Positions 41,223-55,560 of a DNA stretch of 64,000 nucleotides are shown one piece after another (the first letter of the stretch is position 1; every line of letters begins with the position of its first letter). Source of the stretch: Catajapyx aquilonaris (taxonomy: Eukaryota). The stretch spans positions 62,001-126,000 of the forward strand of contig KZ538097.1 in NCBI GenBank assembly GCA_000934665.2, read 5' to 3'. Position numbers and translations under genes: made by a program. Under the pieces are notes generated by a model. That model had not been told where the DNA came from, did no database searches, and saw nothing but the letters and a program-made list of their open reading frames with translations.

Positions 41223-41423
41223 NNNNNNNNNNNNNNNNNNNNNNNNNNNNNNNNNNNNNNNNNNNNNNNNNNNNNNNNNNNNNNNNNNNNNNNNNNNNNN
41301 NNNNNNNNNNNNNNNNNNNNNNNNNNNNNNNNNNNNNNNNNNNNNNNNNNNNNNNNNNNNNNNNNNNNNNNNNNNNNNNNNNNNNNNNNNNNNNNNNNNN
41401 NNNNNNNNNNNNNNNNNNNNNNN
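41223..41423. other. Assembly gap (N run) flanked by poly-C on both sides
   Basis: About 200 N between C12 and C16 tracts. The flanking kinase exons still join in frame with no missing subdomain. Confidence 0.99.
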
Positions 41424-41842
41424 AACCCCCCCCCCCCCCCCTCCTCTAAAAAAAAATCAATTCAAAGTTGGAAAGAGACGAACTGTTGCTGATTGGTGCA
41501 TGGATTGTGTGTCATTGAGAGTCATAGAGGTGTGAATGATAGGCATGGAATGTCATCGGAGGGGGGGTCGAGAGCTTTATGCCTTTTTACATGCATTTGC
41601 AGATCCGCCTTGTTTTCCAATTCGATATCGATTAGTCAGGCCACCCCCAAGCGGATGCCGTGAAAAATGCACATTTTGCAACAATACTGATTTTTGACCT
41701 TTAACGGTCCTGTACCTTTATTATTATTTATAGTAGTTTTAAATATTTAAATATATTGGCAATTTAGAGATTAAGAGCTCAAACCATTCGTATTGCACGG
41801 GGAAATGTGAGACAACTAGTTTAATAAATCACCCTATCCATA

Positions 41843-41843
<1 letters not shown>

Positions 41844-41918
<75 letters not shown>
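41844..41918. repeat. (ATT)25 microsatellite
   Basis: Perfect trinucleotide run. Confidence 0.99.
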
Positions 41919-41923
<5 letters not shown>

Positions 41924-42146
41924 AACAAGGGAAAATAAACAACTGATTAAAAATAAACAGTTCCGTGAAAATAACAGCTAACTAGGAGTACGGGAAACTA
42001 TAACGAATTGTACCATATATCGAAAAGTATTAACGCAGATGGGTAGGATGACTTCTTTCCATTACTGAAAGTCTCGCATTGTGTACTGTACAGCATTACA
42101 TTGCTATTGCAAAAGCAAAGGGGGGAAAAAATTTTTAAATAACAAA

Positions 42147-42288
42147 TCATTATCATTATCATCATCATCATCATGATGATGATAGTAGTAGTGGCATTCA
42201 CAGCTACTATACGTCGGGACAGGGATCAGAACTCTGGACCTCCGTCTTAACCTGCCAGTGGCATAACCACTAGACCACTGTGTCCCCC
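42147..42288 (-). mobile_element. tRNA-derived SINE-like remnant with simple-repeat tail
   Basis: The minus strand reads GGGGGACACAG-TGGTCTAGTGG (A box)...GAGTTCTGATCCC (degenerate B box) at tRNA-like spacing, followed by an ATC/ATG/ATA triplet tail. It does not form a clean cloverleaf. Confidence 0.55.
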
Positions 42289-45200
42289 TTTGCAACAATA
42301 GTTAGGTAACTGTTCGTACTGTCCCGTTCACAAACAGCGATGTTGACATAATTCGTTAGAAGGGAACAGGAAAGTGGTGTTGTACCCTGGAGTGGGAGAG
42401 CGGTATAGAAAGAAAGAAAAAAAAATCACGCAACAAGAAAGTAACGGGATGGAAACAGCTACACCTTTCTGTTGAGGTGCGTGGAATGCCATTACTAATG
42501 AGGCGAAAGATGACGGAACAAGTACCATCACCATAGTTTGGAACCACTCTTGAGGTTGCTACCACGACCAACCCAGAAAGCCATCCGAGTGTGAGAAAAG
42601 AAAAGGATTGAAGTGAGAGAGAGAGAAAAAAACGAGCTACATGTACACCGTAAGGTCCACTTTACCTGGCAGGAGAGAATGTAGGCCACGGCGAATTTTC
42701 ACCTGTGGACTCACTGTCATTACAAGAAAATGTCCCCTTTCACGTAAGGGTGCCGCCATGTTTACACTCCAGCTTATGGGAATAGGGGCAAGTTGAATTG
42801 CGCTAATCCCAACCTTGCTTGAATGAGGTCAAGTGAGAAGAGGTGACCCAATCAGAACGCTTCCTGACCTCAGTTTGTTATTTTTATCCGTACAATAAAA
42901 CGATTCGTCTTGACCACGGTCTTTGGGTACCGGTATAGAAAACTTTTTTTTCTCTCTCCCCAAACTTGCACTCAACCCCAGCATGTTTTTATGCAGACTT
43001 CTTTTTTTTTTCTTCGTCGTCTTCTTCTCCTGTTCCTTCTTTATTTTCCACCCTCTCGGCACCGGCGTCGGTGAGGTTGGGCCAATCTGTCCCTCTGAAG
43101 GCTGGATCCCTTGTTCGTGACAGGAGCATTATTCAAAAACATGCTAACAGGCAAAGAAGGTTCGCGTTTTCCTTTTTCATGGTTACTTCAGGAGAGGTTT
43201 CAGAAAGGAAGAGAGAGAAAGACCTGTGTGGGGAGGCAGTTGTGTAAAGGAATTGCGTTGGAAGGGTCCGGGATTTATCACCAACGGCTTCTAGCATAAA
43301 TAATGTCTACAACATTTGCAAGTCTTCATAAGCAGTTTTTTTTAAAATATAAAGTGCGTGCTGAATTTATATACTGAAGCTGGACTTGATATTAATTAGT
43401 AGATCACGTGGTGGTGAGAATAATAGAAGCCTTGGCAACAAGCCTTGTGCGTCAAGAGCGACCGTGGAGCGATTGTTGTTTCCAATGACATGCGTAGTGT
43501 CCGGCATATATTCCAAAAAAGAAACGTGGAATTCCAGAGAGAGTAATTTTTGGCCCGGTTCCTGGTGGAACGCGGTAGAAAGTTTAGGAATGAGTAATTT
43601 CGCCTGGCTACCGAGCTGATCTGAAATACCGACATTTATTTGACGCTTTTGCAGAGGAATATTACGATTCATGAATTCGTATGTAGATTGATAAGATGAT
43701 TTTTTTTGTTGGAACGTATATTTTTCAACACTATTTACTTGACAGCCCAACTGATTGGATTGGCCGTGCAAACTCTGTAGCAATGTCCGCCAGGTTGAAT
43801 AAGTGTATAGCATAATGATGTAATCCAGTAGGCCAGGAACTGGTATACACAAGCGCGGATAAACGCTCCGAATGGCTTCACAGTTAACCCGGGCCCGTTG
43901 ATGGTAATCGACTGACGCTGTCAATTCCAGTTATTGCGCATGATGGTGTAACGCAGTAAAAGGGAGCAGTTGACGCGTGTTAAGTTTATGTGCGATAAGC
44001 AGAAACCTGATCAGTGCGCGGTCACACATATGCTGAACTTTCACTCTGAAAAATAATAAAAATAAAAAAAGTTGAAAAATGCGGACGATGGTGATGAGCC
44101 CACAATATCTTGATTTGTACCCTAGAAATTTACTAGAGGATAATAAGAAGTAAATATTGGCGAGCTTTGCATGGTTGCGTCACAAGTGAAACCTTGTGCC
44201 GACTAACACGGAAAGAAGGAGGTTATGCCTAGAGACGAAGTAGGGCATTCGAGGCCCTCTGGCGATCTGCACGGCTGACTTTTTGCTGTGCTGTGATGTG
44301 TCGTGGTCAGTTTCTCCTCTATTAGATGGGCACGCCGGAGAAAGCTTTGGGATAGGCAGGCTTCCCCCCCAGTGTTCCTTCAACCTCTACAATACAACAT
44401 TGTCACCTTGAAGGAAGCTTCTTTCAGCCTTGTTCCACTGTGCAGCACTGTGAAACAATGCAAGGACCTGCATGATTTCAACCAGATCTATACTAGTTTT
44501 TTTTCCATCAAATATTTCGAATAGTACAATTCGATGTTGTGCCAGTTTTGACAGGCACACCTGCGACCTTGTGTAAAATTATGCAATATCTTCAAGCTGG
44601 AGGACACACCTCATATCAGGATTGCCAATTCAATCGGAGTCCTTAGTACGTGTCCGCTTCAGAAAATGCGAACCCCAAGACTCATATCATGAGGCCAGCA
44701 CTGCCGTCCCCGAGTGGACTTATACCACCTATAAAAACAGTTCATAGCCTCCTTTTTTCGTCCCAAGACTGTCCTTTTCCTTGGGACTTTTACGGTGTGT
44801 TAGGAAACGCCACTTGTATCCCTAATTCCTGCGGTGGAGTACATACTACCTAAAAAAAGTAGGCTATTTGGCGACTCTCCTGACCGCATTTTGTCATACT
44901 TTCTTGTCTCCTCGCTTTCGTCACATCGGGCCGTGCAGCATGTGTTTGCATTGTCACCCAAATGATTTGTGCAGTGTCGCTTTTTTTTACCCCAGGAACG
45001 TTCCAAATATCGATGCTTGCAGAACGAGGTCATGAATAAGTTAAGTTACACATACCGCGCACTTTTTTTATTATTCGCTACCAAAATCATGCCGGATATA
45101 ATGTAGATATTACGCAACTTGCGTGGTCATACTGTGCTGAAGAACTGTAAATCCCTGTGGACCTCATACGAATTGATCGCGTTATCGACGCCATGAATGA

Positions 45201-47097
45201 TTCGACTTTTGTCGGGCCAGCAAAAGTTTGGTGGTATATTTATGGGGGTCGGGGCGTCGCCAAAACTTTCAAGAGCACCGATTAGGCAAACAGATTTGGA
45301 AGTAAATAATTGATGCATCCGACTGCGGCATCCATCCCGGATTTAAATGTCAGCGGAAGATTATCCTAATGAAGTATGCGGAGGCACACCGGCTTATGGG
45401 CTTTTCTTGCGGGATTTTCCTTTGCCCGTGGAGGGGGAAGATTACACTCGTTTTTCTCCGTCATAATTGATGAGGGCAATTAATGTGGGATCCATAAATG
45501 TTTATAAAGTGCAAGCAGACAGCATCTTTTTGCTTTGCCCACCTGATGGATGCTGAAAAAAAAGAGCAAAGTTCACATTCCACGCATAATTTGAATTGTT
45601 CACTGATGCCAACAGTGTTTTTTTAATATTAATAATTTTTTAAAAATATCGGTGCCCCAGCCCACAATTTTGCATTTGGCGGCACAGCAATGGCCGCATT
45701 GAGTGACCTCCAACTGACTACAAAAAGTGTCGTGTCCTGGTACATAGAAGGGTGTGGTTCATTCCCAGGACAGCTGTGTCTGCGGAGGCAGATGGAACCT
45801 TGCAGCCGGATAAGTGCTGGGCTAGGGTGGGCTAGGAAGAGGGCAGGGATTTCATGAGTCTGCGTAAACAGACAAAAAGAGGATGAATCAATAGTAATAA
45901 CATTTTTAAAGGCCCTACATCTCCGTCTGGATAATGGGCTGAGGGGGGAGAAGGGGGGAGGGGGAGGGAGTTTTCAGTTAGATTTACAAGTGTCGTATAT
46001 GTCGATTACTATCGATTGTGTTACCTAAAGTGAGTGGCGCGTAAAGAATTCGAAGGGTTTCAGGGAGAGAGTTACGAGCAGGCGGAAAAAAAGGACCAAA
46101 AATAAGTGTTGGAGTGAAAGCGGAGAACAATTGTCGAGTTTTGTACAGTGTTACGCAGGTTGTCATCCGCACTTATCATCAGCTTTCTCTACACGTTCCG
46201 ATTCAGATCCAGTTCAAGTAATGATCGTCAACTTTGGACGATATAAGGAAGACAAAAAAAAAATGATTCCCACTAATGACCTTTTGACGGTGTCATTCGG
46301 TCCCAAGTTCTATATGGTGTAAGGATGGGAAGGTGCACGTGTATAATTGGGGAAGGAGAGGTCACCCGAGTCTCTCTCCAGGACGTAGTAACTGGAGCAA
46401 GGAAGCACGTCATGGTTGCCAAGTTCTGTAGGTCAGTTGGCTGATTGGACTGCAAATGAGTAGGGGTTAGAGGGAGGAAGAAAACACCGGTGGGTATATA
46501 CACGATGAGGTTTTGTTGCGCACCATTTTCATCAAAGGTACGACCCTCGTAGTGAAAACGTCAACTTAATCAAGTCGGCGTCACGAAATGCTCTGGTTGG
46601 GTGTCACCATACAAACCCAAAAACCTGTGGTCTAGCGCCAAATTACACAACCGAGGGCAATTCTTTCACATTTGAAAACTGGGAATGAAACTTCTAGTCG
46701 TTAGCCATAATTATTTCAACGTCACACCAGCCTGTGTAATGAGCATAGAACGGATGACAAAGCGACCGCGAATGTGTTTGGAAGTTGTATTCAGTGGAGT
46801 TTTTTTTTTTGAACTGAATTAGTACAGAAATTGTGATTTCGGTTAACTTTTCCATAATACATTCCAATCGTGGTTTTGGCATCATTCCTTCGTCGTAACA
46901 CCATGCTCAAGTGGCCACTAAATCGTCGACACCTTTTATGACGTGTTGCTCGAATGAACGGGGGCGTGATTCTGGAATTTCCACTTGCACACGTTTTCCA
47001 CCAGGTCGAAACATATTACGCAATATTAATCATAAGAGCCAGCAGGCCCCGGTTATGTGCCCGAGTGATGAGAGAAGAATCGATTTCTTCGTTCCAG

Positions 47098-47213
47098 ATT
47101 ATGTGAGCGGAGGCGAATTATTCACCCACCTCTACCAAAGAGAACGCTTCAACGAGGATGAAGTGAAGATCTACATCGGAGAGATCATCCTCGCTCTGGA
47201 GCACCTTCACAAG
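47098..47213 (+). CDS. RPS6KA5: MSK kinase exon: (D)YVSGGELFTHLYQRERFNEDEVKIYIGEIILALEHLHK
   Basis: TTCCAG| acceptor and AAG|GTACAG donor; 116 nt, phase 1/0. GGELF hinge motif of AGC kinases. Confidence 0.98.
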
Positions 47214-50200
47214 GTACAGTACCCCTACTTTTTTTTTTTACAAATTTTAAATCGAGTGTCTATCCACAAAATTTTAATTGGAAAGACCCAAAATATGGGT
47301 AGCTCTTGGGATCGCTAGAATCGACCCTGCTGACCTTCCTCTGTTGGGCGAAAGGAAGGGGATGAGGCCGAGTATTGTCTTGCAAGTGGGTGAAGGACGC
47401 GGATGATGTCCTCGTTGATGATGGGTTGCTAAACTGACTTTTGGTGCGGCTCACCTGTTGTGCGCGTGGGGTATTCCCAATATCCCTAAGATGAAGGTCC
47501 ACAGTACGTGGATATTACCCCAGGTGGTATCTCTGGAAGGCACATTTTCCACATTGCTTCAGGGTACTGGAGAGGCGTAATTGACTTAAATTCCAATTAG
47601 TCGAGCGAAAATTCGCACCACGGATTTTCCATCCGTCGATATCATTCTGCTCTTTATTTTTTGAAGGGAAAAAAAGAGTAGTGGAGCGTTGTAAAAAGTT
47701 CTGTCACAACCTAATCGATAGGGTGCATAGCCGCGGGAGGAACGATAGGTTCGGGTGGGTGCTAGAGGGGGGTAGGGCTTGAAAGATTAACGTTTCAAAA
47801 CGATTCGATATTCATCGCATGTTTGGTATGGAGGCGGAAATGCGTATCGCCGTATATATGCGCTCTTCAGCACCATCAAAAGTCAACACGGTGTGTCGCA
47901 TGTGCATAGGGGGGGACTCCAGACTATTATTACCCACAGACGAATTTGTGTCCACGCAGAAGCTTGCACACACACGCGTGTTGTGTCGAAAGCCACTGAG
48001 AGCGGCAGATAAGCGTGTAAAACTAGGGGGCATGCAAGCTAACCCCAGCATTCCCATTTTAGGGGTATTGCAACGCTGTTGCTCCAGACCAACCCCGAAA
48101 AAAAGATACAATTTTTTTTTTCTTTTACAAAGTTGTCTCGAAGACGCACACGAAATCCACAGGAAGTTTCCGCTGCGCAGAATTGCCTCATTTGCAAAAG
48201 CTTTTCAAGTGGCCTTTAAACGCCGCGGCCTAATCGACATTCTGCAGTGCAGCCTTGAAAAAGGACACGCCAAAGGTAGACCCCCCATAACAAAAGCGGT
48301 CGTATAATTTCCTCAGTCTATATGGGAATCTCGAGCGTGTACTCTACACGTATTTTTTCAATTCCTATATGCAGCCTTGTGCCATAATAATGACCTAATA
48401 GTGCTTGTATCATGGGTGATGACTGACTTCCATCCGATTGTTCACCCATGCAATCTACTCGCGTGTTTATTATCAACAGGGGGTATTTTTGCTCTTAAGA
48501 TTTGCCATTAATCTTGACCAAATCTCTGGGTTTGGCCTGGAGAAGTTGCTGGGAGCATGGATTGAAAAATGACTCGTTTTCAGGACTGTTTTGTTCTGGG
48601 ATTGCATTTCCTCCGTGATTAATTGATTAAGTTTATTAGCAGTGCCAGGTTGAGAATCGATTTCCTAACAGGAGAGCTGGCTTGTCGGACCAAGAGTTTC
48701 TTATCGGTGCTCAGATAGAGTTCCTGCGGATAACAATGTCAACAGTAAGGTGTAACCGCGCTCGCTTTTAGTCAACAGAATATATTCTGCAGCTGGATGA
48801 TAATCGCCTTGAGGCTGCTTTTCTCTAATCCTGCCAAGGAAGGCTTATAATAATAATATGGTCTGTGCCAAATCTTGCCGGAACATTGGGATCTGCGCAA
48901 ATTGAATCGGTCGGTATGGTACTGCCGGCTTCCCCCAACTCATGTAACACCCTACCAGCACCATCCATCATTCTTCATTTGCTGGAGAGGTAGGACTTTT
49001 CAACCGTCAGAGAACATCAAACAGCCGCAAGCTTCCCGAGTGCTGCCTGCCGACTCTAGCCAAACGGGCTATTCGTCCGGGAAGTTTTCACGACTTTTTC
49101 CACTCATTTTGGCCCAAATTGGGAGCAGGTGTATGCACGTAGGTGCGCGGGAAAAATGTATATTTTTTTAGGGGGGGAAAAAAAGACGACAGATGGAGCA
49201 TGGAGACAGTTGTAGAACGGCCTTGGAACGTGTTAAGCCGCACGTGCACGCGCGTCAAAGCAAGTACCAGCCGGGTGGGTTTTCTTACAACCTGTTCTCA
49301 TTTTTGTGTGTGAAAGAAATGGCAATACCAGGTGACCCCAAGTACGACGAGGATGTTTTCTCTTGGCTGGGACACCGCTTTCTAGGAGATCAACAGATTT
49401 GCATCTAGGGACTGTTCAAGGTGCTCCACTTTGACCTCAATATTAATAATTCAGACGACCTTGGTTGTTTGCTCGCATTGTTGTAAAACTTCCGCAATAT
49501 GGGTGGAAAAACTGTTTTTTTTTTTTTTTGTCGTTGGGCTTGGACTGTACCGGCTGTCGTGTCGTTTCCTTGGGAGCTGTCATCCCTAATGTTGTGATGG
49601 TATACACGTTTGGAGAGGAACTGCGTTTGCATGAACGACGTGCGGTGGAAACGTTTCAGTCACAAAAGGAAAGGTGGCAATTACGGACCAGGAAATCGAT
49701 ACAATCGCGGACATTGCAGAGATGTAACGGGATACAATCCCTGCTTGGCATTCAAAAGGCAAACAAGCTCGACAAAACAAAAATACGGCACCGTTGGTTT
49801 TGCAGATGACATACGAAGTAAGTAGGTAGCGTTATTTATACGCCCTGCTGGATTTATTTATACACACCATTTTCGATAACCATTGAACCCATTTTTTTTT
49901 TCATACTACTGTACACATTTTGTTCAAGTACAAGTACGTTATTACCGTTGTTACAAGTTGCGATTCAGGCGCTAAGAACACATTCAGCAAAAAACTGGGG
50001 CTTCTCATCCAGCTGTTGAAATTCCGCTCACCTCCTCTTGTGTGTTTCTTGGGTCCAGCCAGCCTTGTGCAATAAGAATGGCGGAAAAATATCAAGGAGT
50101 TGAGAGCAGGGGAAAGCTGGCTCTGGAAAAAAAAGGGGGTAGAAAAGCTGGAGCAGCAGCAAGTTATTTCCGTCCGATATCCCTGGCTGATGGAGAAGTA

Positions 50201-53200
50201 GACCTTTCAGCCGCAGCCCGTTTCTTGCGTCTGCCTAGATCACCAAAGGCCATCTTGAGACCGAGGCAACCGGCAACTGTGCAATGAGGCTATCGATTTG
50301 GGGGGGATGTTGAGTGTGGGGTGTCTGGATTTTGGGGGAGTCGAAAAGACAAGCTGTTTCAAGCATGTGTCGTCTACCTTAGTCGTAATGTAAGCAATTA
50401 GCTGGCGGTGTAATGATTAGGCAGTGGGGGTGTCAAAATTCAGCTGTTGCTCAAAAAATATTAGGCAGATGGGTATGGACCAGGTGTATGCATAACCATA
50501 CCGAAAATTGTGGATGCACCTGGTCAGGTTGTCCGTCCTTGGCCGCCACGTGGGACCTTGTGGGGTAGCCATTGCTGGGCTTCCTGGACATGGCCAAGAA
50601 GGAAGTGTGGAGGCCAGTACAGGAAAGATGGGATTTGACTCTTCTTGGAAGCAGGAACGTGCCTATGCATTTGTGGGGTACTACCAGTAGAGAAGTTGCG
50701 GAGTCATGCGTGATGCCGAGTAGGGCACACACGTGCCGATATATTGCGCATCATGAATTTTTGCGGTGTCAAGAGTGGAGAAAGCGAAAAGTTAGTTAGA
50801 GCGGCGTGTTGTTTTGGTCTTGCGGCTTGGGATGGTCGGAAGCGACCTCAGCTCTCAGCGCGGCTGCTAACTTCATTGGCCGTAAAAAGAGACGAAAAGG
50901 CTCCTGTCACTTGGCCGTGGCTCAAAACGTCCGACATAGGTTAGGCGTAGAAGGGCACTCTGTAGGAGTTTATTTCGGGGAAACAAAATTATCGAGTCTC
51001 GGGTCAAGGTTGGTACACGACCTAAGCATAGCGGCATGTGTCGTTAAATGATTTATAGGCTTCTGTCTCCTTTGTGTAGTTGGAGTCAACTGGTGGGGGC
51101 CCCATGGTGAGAGAAGCCGATCAGAAGTAGATCGTATACTGTAACTCGGGGAGAAAGAGCTGTGATGGGACCAGATCAAATTACCAGTATCTACCTGAGG
51201 GCAGCCTGCAAAAGGGGTTGAAACTTGGTACAAATGTCGGACACAAGCCAGGACTGAGTTTGGTTTTGGTTTTCATCGGTTTTCCCAGAGGGCTGGTTTC
51301 CCAGAGGGCACCCTGAAAACAAGCCGTCTTTGATGTTGAGCTGGAGTGAAAATGGCTGGGGCCCTGTATCCGTGCCCTTCAAAATTGGTGCCGAACCCTC
51401 TCTAATGAAATAGTAGCGCGCCTGGTTAATCACATCAGAAGTGAAGAGATGAATAGATAATTAGGCTATTATTAGCCAGGGTGCACGGGCCGCCCCAGCA
51501 GCTTGTAGGGTGGCCTCGGAACGAATGAGTTGCGGGGAGTTTCGCATTTATATGAATGATGTCGAGCGGTATTCCGCAGAAACAATGGTCGCGGTCATGA
51601 TAAAGTACACCTATATCGCTCACAGCCAACGTACAAACGTCAGGAAGGGCGAAATTGCTGAAAGCAGCTAGCAGTAGATCACGAAACAATAGGCCTAAGA
51701 GGATCCATTGTCAAATCCAAGAGGCTCAGAAATGGAAAAGCATTTCCCTCCAATTGATGTCTCCTGACCTTCGCTTCTCTTTCCCCCTACCCTCAGCTCC
51801 GGAGGAATTTTAAAATCCAATTTGTTATCCAATTATTCCTGCGGCCACTTGACTGCATCAGCGGTCCGGTACGTGGTATATAACAGTTTCCAAGAGCTGT
51901 GGGGGAGCAGACCGGTGTTGTAGAAGCGGTGAAGCGCATTCAATACACGGAAGCATACGCAGACGCATAAAAGCAAGTGTGGAGCTAATTTCATATTTGG
52001 AACCCAGTGACAAAATAGTATGCGGAATTGCATTCAGCGCCGCAGCCAACTGCAGGCTGATGCCGAGTAACTTTCATGCACTGTACTCGCTAATAGAATA
52101 GCCGGGCCCTCAGGCGAAAGGTCAGAGTCCGGTCGCCCACTACAGTACAACCCCCCAAAAAAGTCGAATTAACATGACTCCAAACTCAGCTCTGATCAAC
52201 TTGATTTTTGCTCACTCCACCTACATAACTTTGCCGCCCCAAATTGTTACGGACACGTAGAAGCAACGGGCCGCAGTTGTGAACGTTCCAGAGACTAAGA
52301 TTGATTGCAAAGATTCAGCAGCACTTACCAACAAAGCTTAGCTCCGCCGACAGCGCGTTCCAGGAAAACCAGCCGAAGCTATATTATGAAGGCCGCATTG
52401 TGTTTGAAGTGCAGACACGCCCAACTTCAAACCGCGTTTCCCGGCAGAAAATTAGGTTGCCGATGCACTTATGGCACCGGAGAAAATAATTTAAAATACA
52501 TGTAATAATAGAAAGGCTGGTGGCGGAAGTTGGAAGGAGTTTGAGAAGAGCGTTCGATTCCTTATCGACCAAGGAACGACATGAAGGATTTCAGGCAGCA
52601 GATTCTGGTGCTGCAGCTTCAGACATTCATTCCTGGGCTATATACACTGGTGTATACCGTGGGGCAGGAAGTGGAATGCAGGCCTACAGTTTTCCTACCC
52701 TGGACCCAGCCCTGAATCGATGCCCACCACAGGCATTGTTGCCCAGCCAAGTCCACCTCCCCCCCCCCNCCCCCCCCTCGAGATGTGTGTGTTATTGTTC
52801 CGCCATTTTATACCTAATCGGCCATTTCCAGCTGAGTCGCGTTGAGTGAACCGGCCCCCATGACTTATCACACAGGTTCCCGCAAAATGCACGTAATAAT
52901 TACTTCAGAGGAGGGAAACCGCATTGTCTTTGGCCGGACGAACAAAGGCCCCTGTTTGGGGCTTGCCAAAACTGGCTAAAAAGGTAGGACAAATTGGGCA
53001 TTCAGCACTGTTCGTGGCCGTGAAATGGAGGCTGGTGTTAGCACGAGAGGCGTTTCCACCATTTGTAACGTTCATCCAAGGTTTCTGGAGCGAACTGACG
53101 GAAGCCTGGGGTGTTGGTATCAAAACGTGGCCTCAAGTGATACACTGAAAAGGGACGCCATTGCAGCAGACACGAGCCTCTGATGATTTTCCACAATCGA

Positions 53201-54373
53201 TGGTTGGGGGTGCGAAGAAGACCGGAGGGCGTAAGTCACGAGGTGATAAATCACCAGAGGGGGGAAGATGCAACAAGAGGCGGAGACCTTCCAACAAGAG
53301 TCTGGTGAAAATGAGTGGGAGGATAGAGGAAGTTTGGGGGGTTTGCAATATGAGAAGCCCTGGGAGGAGTGTGTCCCCGGAGGATTTTTTGAATCAGGGC
53401 GCGTGGTACGCCCCTTGCTTCCACATACGGCACATACTAGAAGAGGTGGCAAAGACGTCTGTTGGATGGGGCTAAACCCTCTGGAATGTCCCGAGTTACA
53501 TTCCGGTTTGGGCTTTCCAACTGTACTTTTGGCCTTTTTTTCGCAAGGGGGAACGCCCGATGCCCTCGATTCTTTTGGACAGTTTTTTCTAGCCCCTCAC
53601 TAGGGGGGAGCTCTGTTGCATGTAATGGATACCATCAGTAGTTCGGTTTTAATTGAGCCGGAGTGAGCAGCGCCATCTGGCATGGCGTTTACCCAGAGGG
53701 GCAATGGCGTGGTTATGTTTCCAGATGGACTTTTTTTTTCGGGAAAAAAGGGGGTGGGGATCGAGCTTTCATTATCATCTAGGCACAACAGGCACGAAGC
53801 CATTTATTGAAAGTCTACCCCAAACTTGTGGGAGTGAGGGGAGGAATTCAAAGTACCAGGAACTTGTCTTGCAGTGTTGATCGATGGTTTTTCACGTAGA
53901 ATCGGCCCAACAAGGCTGGTGATAAAAAAGGTAGATAATGCACCATTGCGCAGGCCTTCCATTTAGAGAGAGTCCTGTACGGTGTCCTCCACAGGTACAG
54001 GCGAGTGGAAGGATACTGCGAATCATGTTCGAGAACCGACTGTATGACCTTGTTAGCCGAATTCTAGGATACTTAAGCGCACGTATCCTTGACTTGACGC
54101 AACCCTCTATACACCTCGCAGCTTTCCTGCGGTTGTGTAACCTAAATACGTAATCGGTATGGGCTATCTTATGCTCTCTCCGGAACTGAAATGCGATAGG
54201 AATCCTGTTTTGACGTAAGGTCCTATCAATAAAGCAAATTACATCCAGTGTTTTTTTGAGTGCTTGTTGACTCCTGACTTTTCAACAGTCAATGTAGTCA
54301 ACAAGAGCGTTACGTCTTTTGTTCTCAGTGAATGATTCGACATGCGCATGGAAACTATTGTGTGGCGAATTGA

Positions 54374-54595
<222 letters not shown>

Positions 54596-54720
54596 TAAAA
54601 ACAAAAAAAGGATACCCCGTTAAAATTTTCTGACGTTTGTTAATTGGACGTAGCTGCTCTATTTATTGATTTTACTTAAGCAACGGGTTAATTGGGTTAA
54701 TTCAGGGATGATTTTGTGAC

Positions 54721-54722
<2 letters not shown>

Positions 54723-54790
<68 letters not shown>
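54723..54790. repeat. (GA)34 microsatellite
   Basis: Perfect dinucleotide run in the 929-nt intron between the catalytic-loop and activation-loop exons. Confidence 0.99.
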
Positions 54791-54793
<3 letters not shown>

Positions 54794-55476
54794 ATGTTGC
54801 GCTGCGAGCCTCGGGATAACATGATACAGTGCTTTAGGTCGAATTCCCAATGTTGTATTGATATTTTGTCGGCGGGGACGTTGAGTTATCAAGTTGTGCA
54901 GTGGCAAAAAGCACGCCGAGAGAATGTTAAGCAGCTTGAAAATGGAGGGGATTTTCCCTCCTCTCTCTTGCAACATTTCCCTCTGGCTGTGCCAATCCTT
55001 CAACTACAGTGGAATGGAATAATAAGTGTCATTGAAGTCAAACCGTGTGCTGTCGTGGAAAGTACAAAGGACTGGTTTTCTAAATGAAGTCGGAACAATT
55101 GTTACGTAGATTCAGGGAGACGTGGGACTTTTTGGTTGGATGCAAACGCCTACTTGAATGCGATCACGTAACCTTTTTTTTTGTAATGGACTGGGACTCG
55201 TCCCTGCCAACCCTGCCACTTAATTCCATAGTCCAGTATTATGGGGGCTTCTGTGGTACGGATTCATGCCTCAGAGAATTCTGTCCCTCCTTTCCTTCTG
55301 TCCAGTGCAGTAATTTTATTCACGGCGATTGCCTGACTCACGCCTCTACTATTGTGCATTGTTTTTTCTTGCCTCCTCCAAAAAAGTAGCTTTTTTGGAG
55401 CCCTGAAACAGTATTACATAGCTGTTAGGTGTCTACACGTATGGATTTCTCTAAGGCGACCACTTTTGTATTCCAG

Positions 55477-55560
55477 GAACAGAGGACCTATTCTTTTTGC
55501 GGCACCATAGAGTATATGGCGCCGGAGGTTGTGAAAGGAGGAAGCACCGGCCACGATATT
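55477..55560 (+). CDS. RPS6KA5: MSK kinase exon: EQRTYSFCGTIEYMAPEVVKGGSTGHDI
   Basis: TTCCAG| acceptor and |GTAAGT donor; 84 nt, phase 0/0. Activation loop YSFCGTIEYMAPE with the MSK/RSK-type phospho-acceptor Ser. Confidence 0.98.

Noticed and set aside
41223..41423. Missing kinase exon hidden in the gap
   Set aside because: The flanking exons join as LHLIL-D-YVSGGELF, the complete expected sequence.
42212..42288. Functional tRNA gene
   Set aside because: The acceptor and anticodon stems pair poorly, the B box has an insertion and a simple-repeat tail follows. Treated as SINE-like.
42659..42679. TTACCTGGCAGGAGAGA resembling the U1 snRNA 5' end
   Set aside because: Similarity stops after ~17 nt; no U1 stem-loops or Sm site follow.
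46911..47318. 135-aa ORF spanning the GGELF exon
   Set aside because: Only 47098-47213 is kinase-like. The flanks are intron sequence that happens to be open, bounded by canonical splice sites.
54263..54305. Small hairpin CTTGTTGACT/AGTCAACAAG upstream of an acceptor; also a 9-bp stem at 63431-63459
   Set aside because: Too short to distinguish from chance; no Helitron CTRR end or miRNA-length stem.
54716..55087. ORFs with poly-ER / poly-SL tracts here, and poly-IY at 39958-40185
   Set aside because: They are translations of the (GA)n and (AT)n microsatellites.
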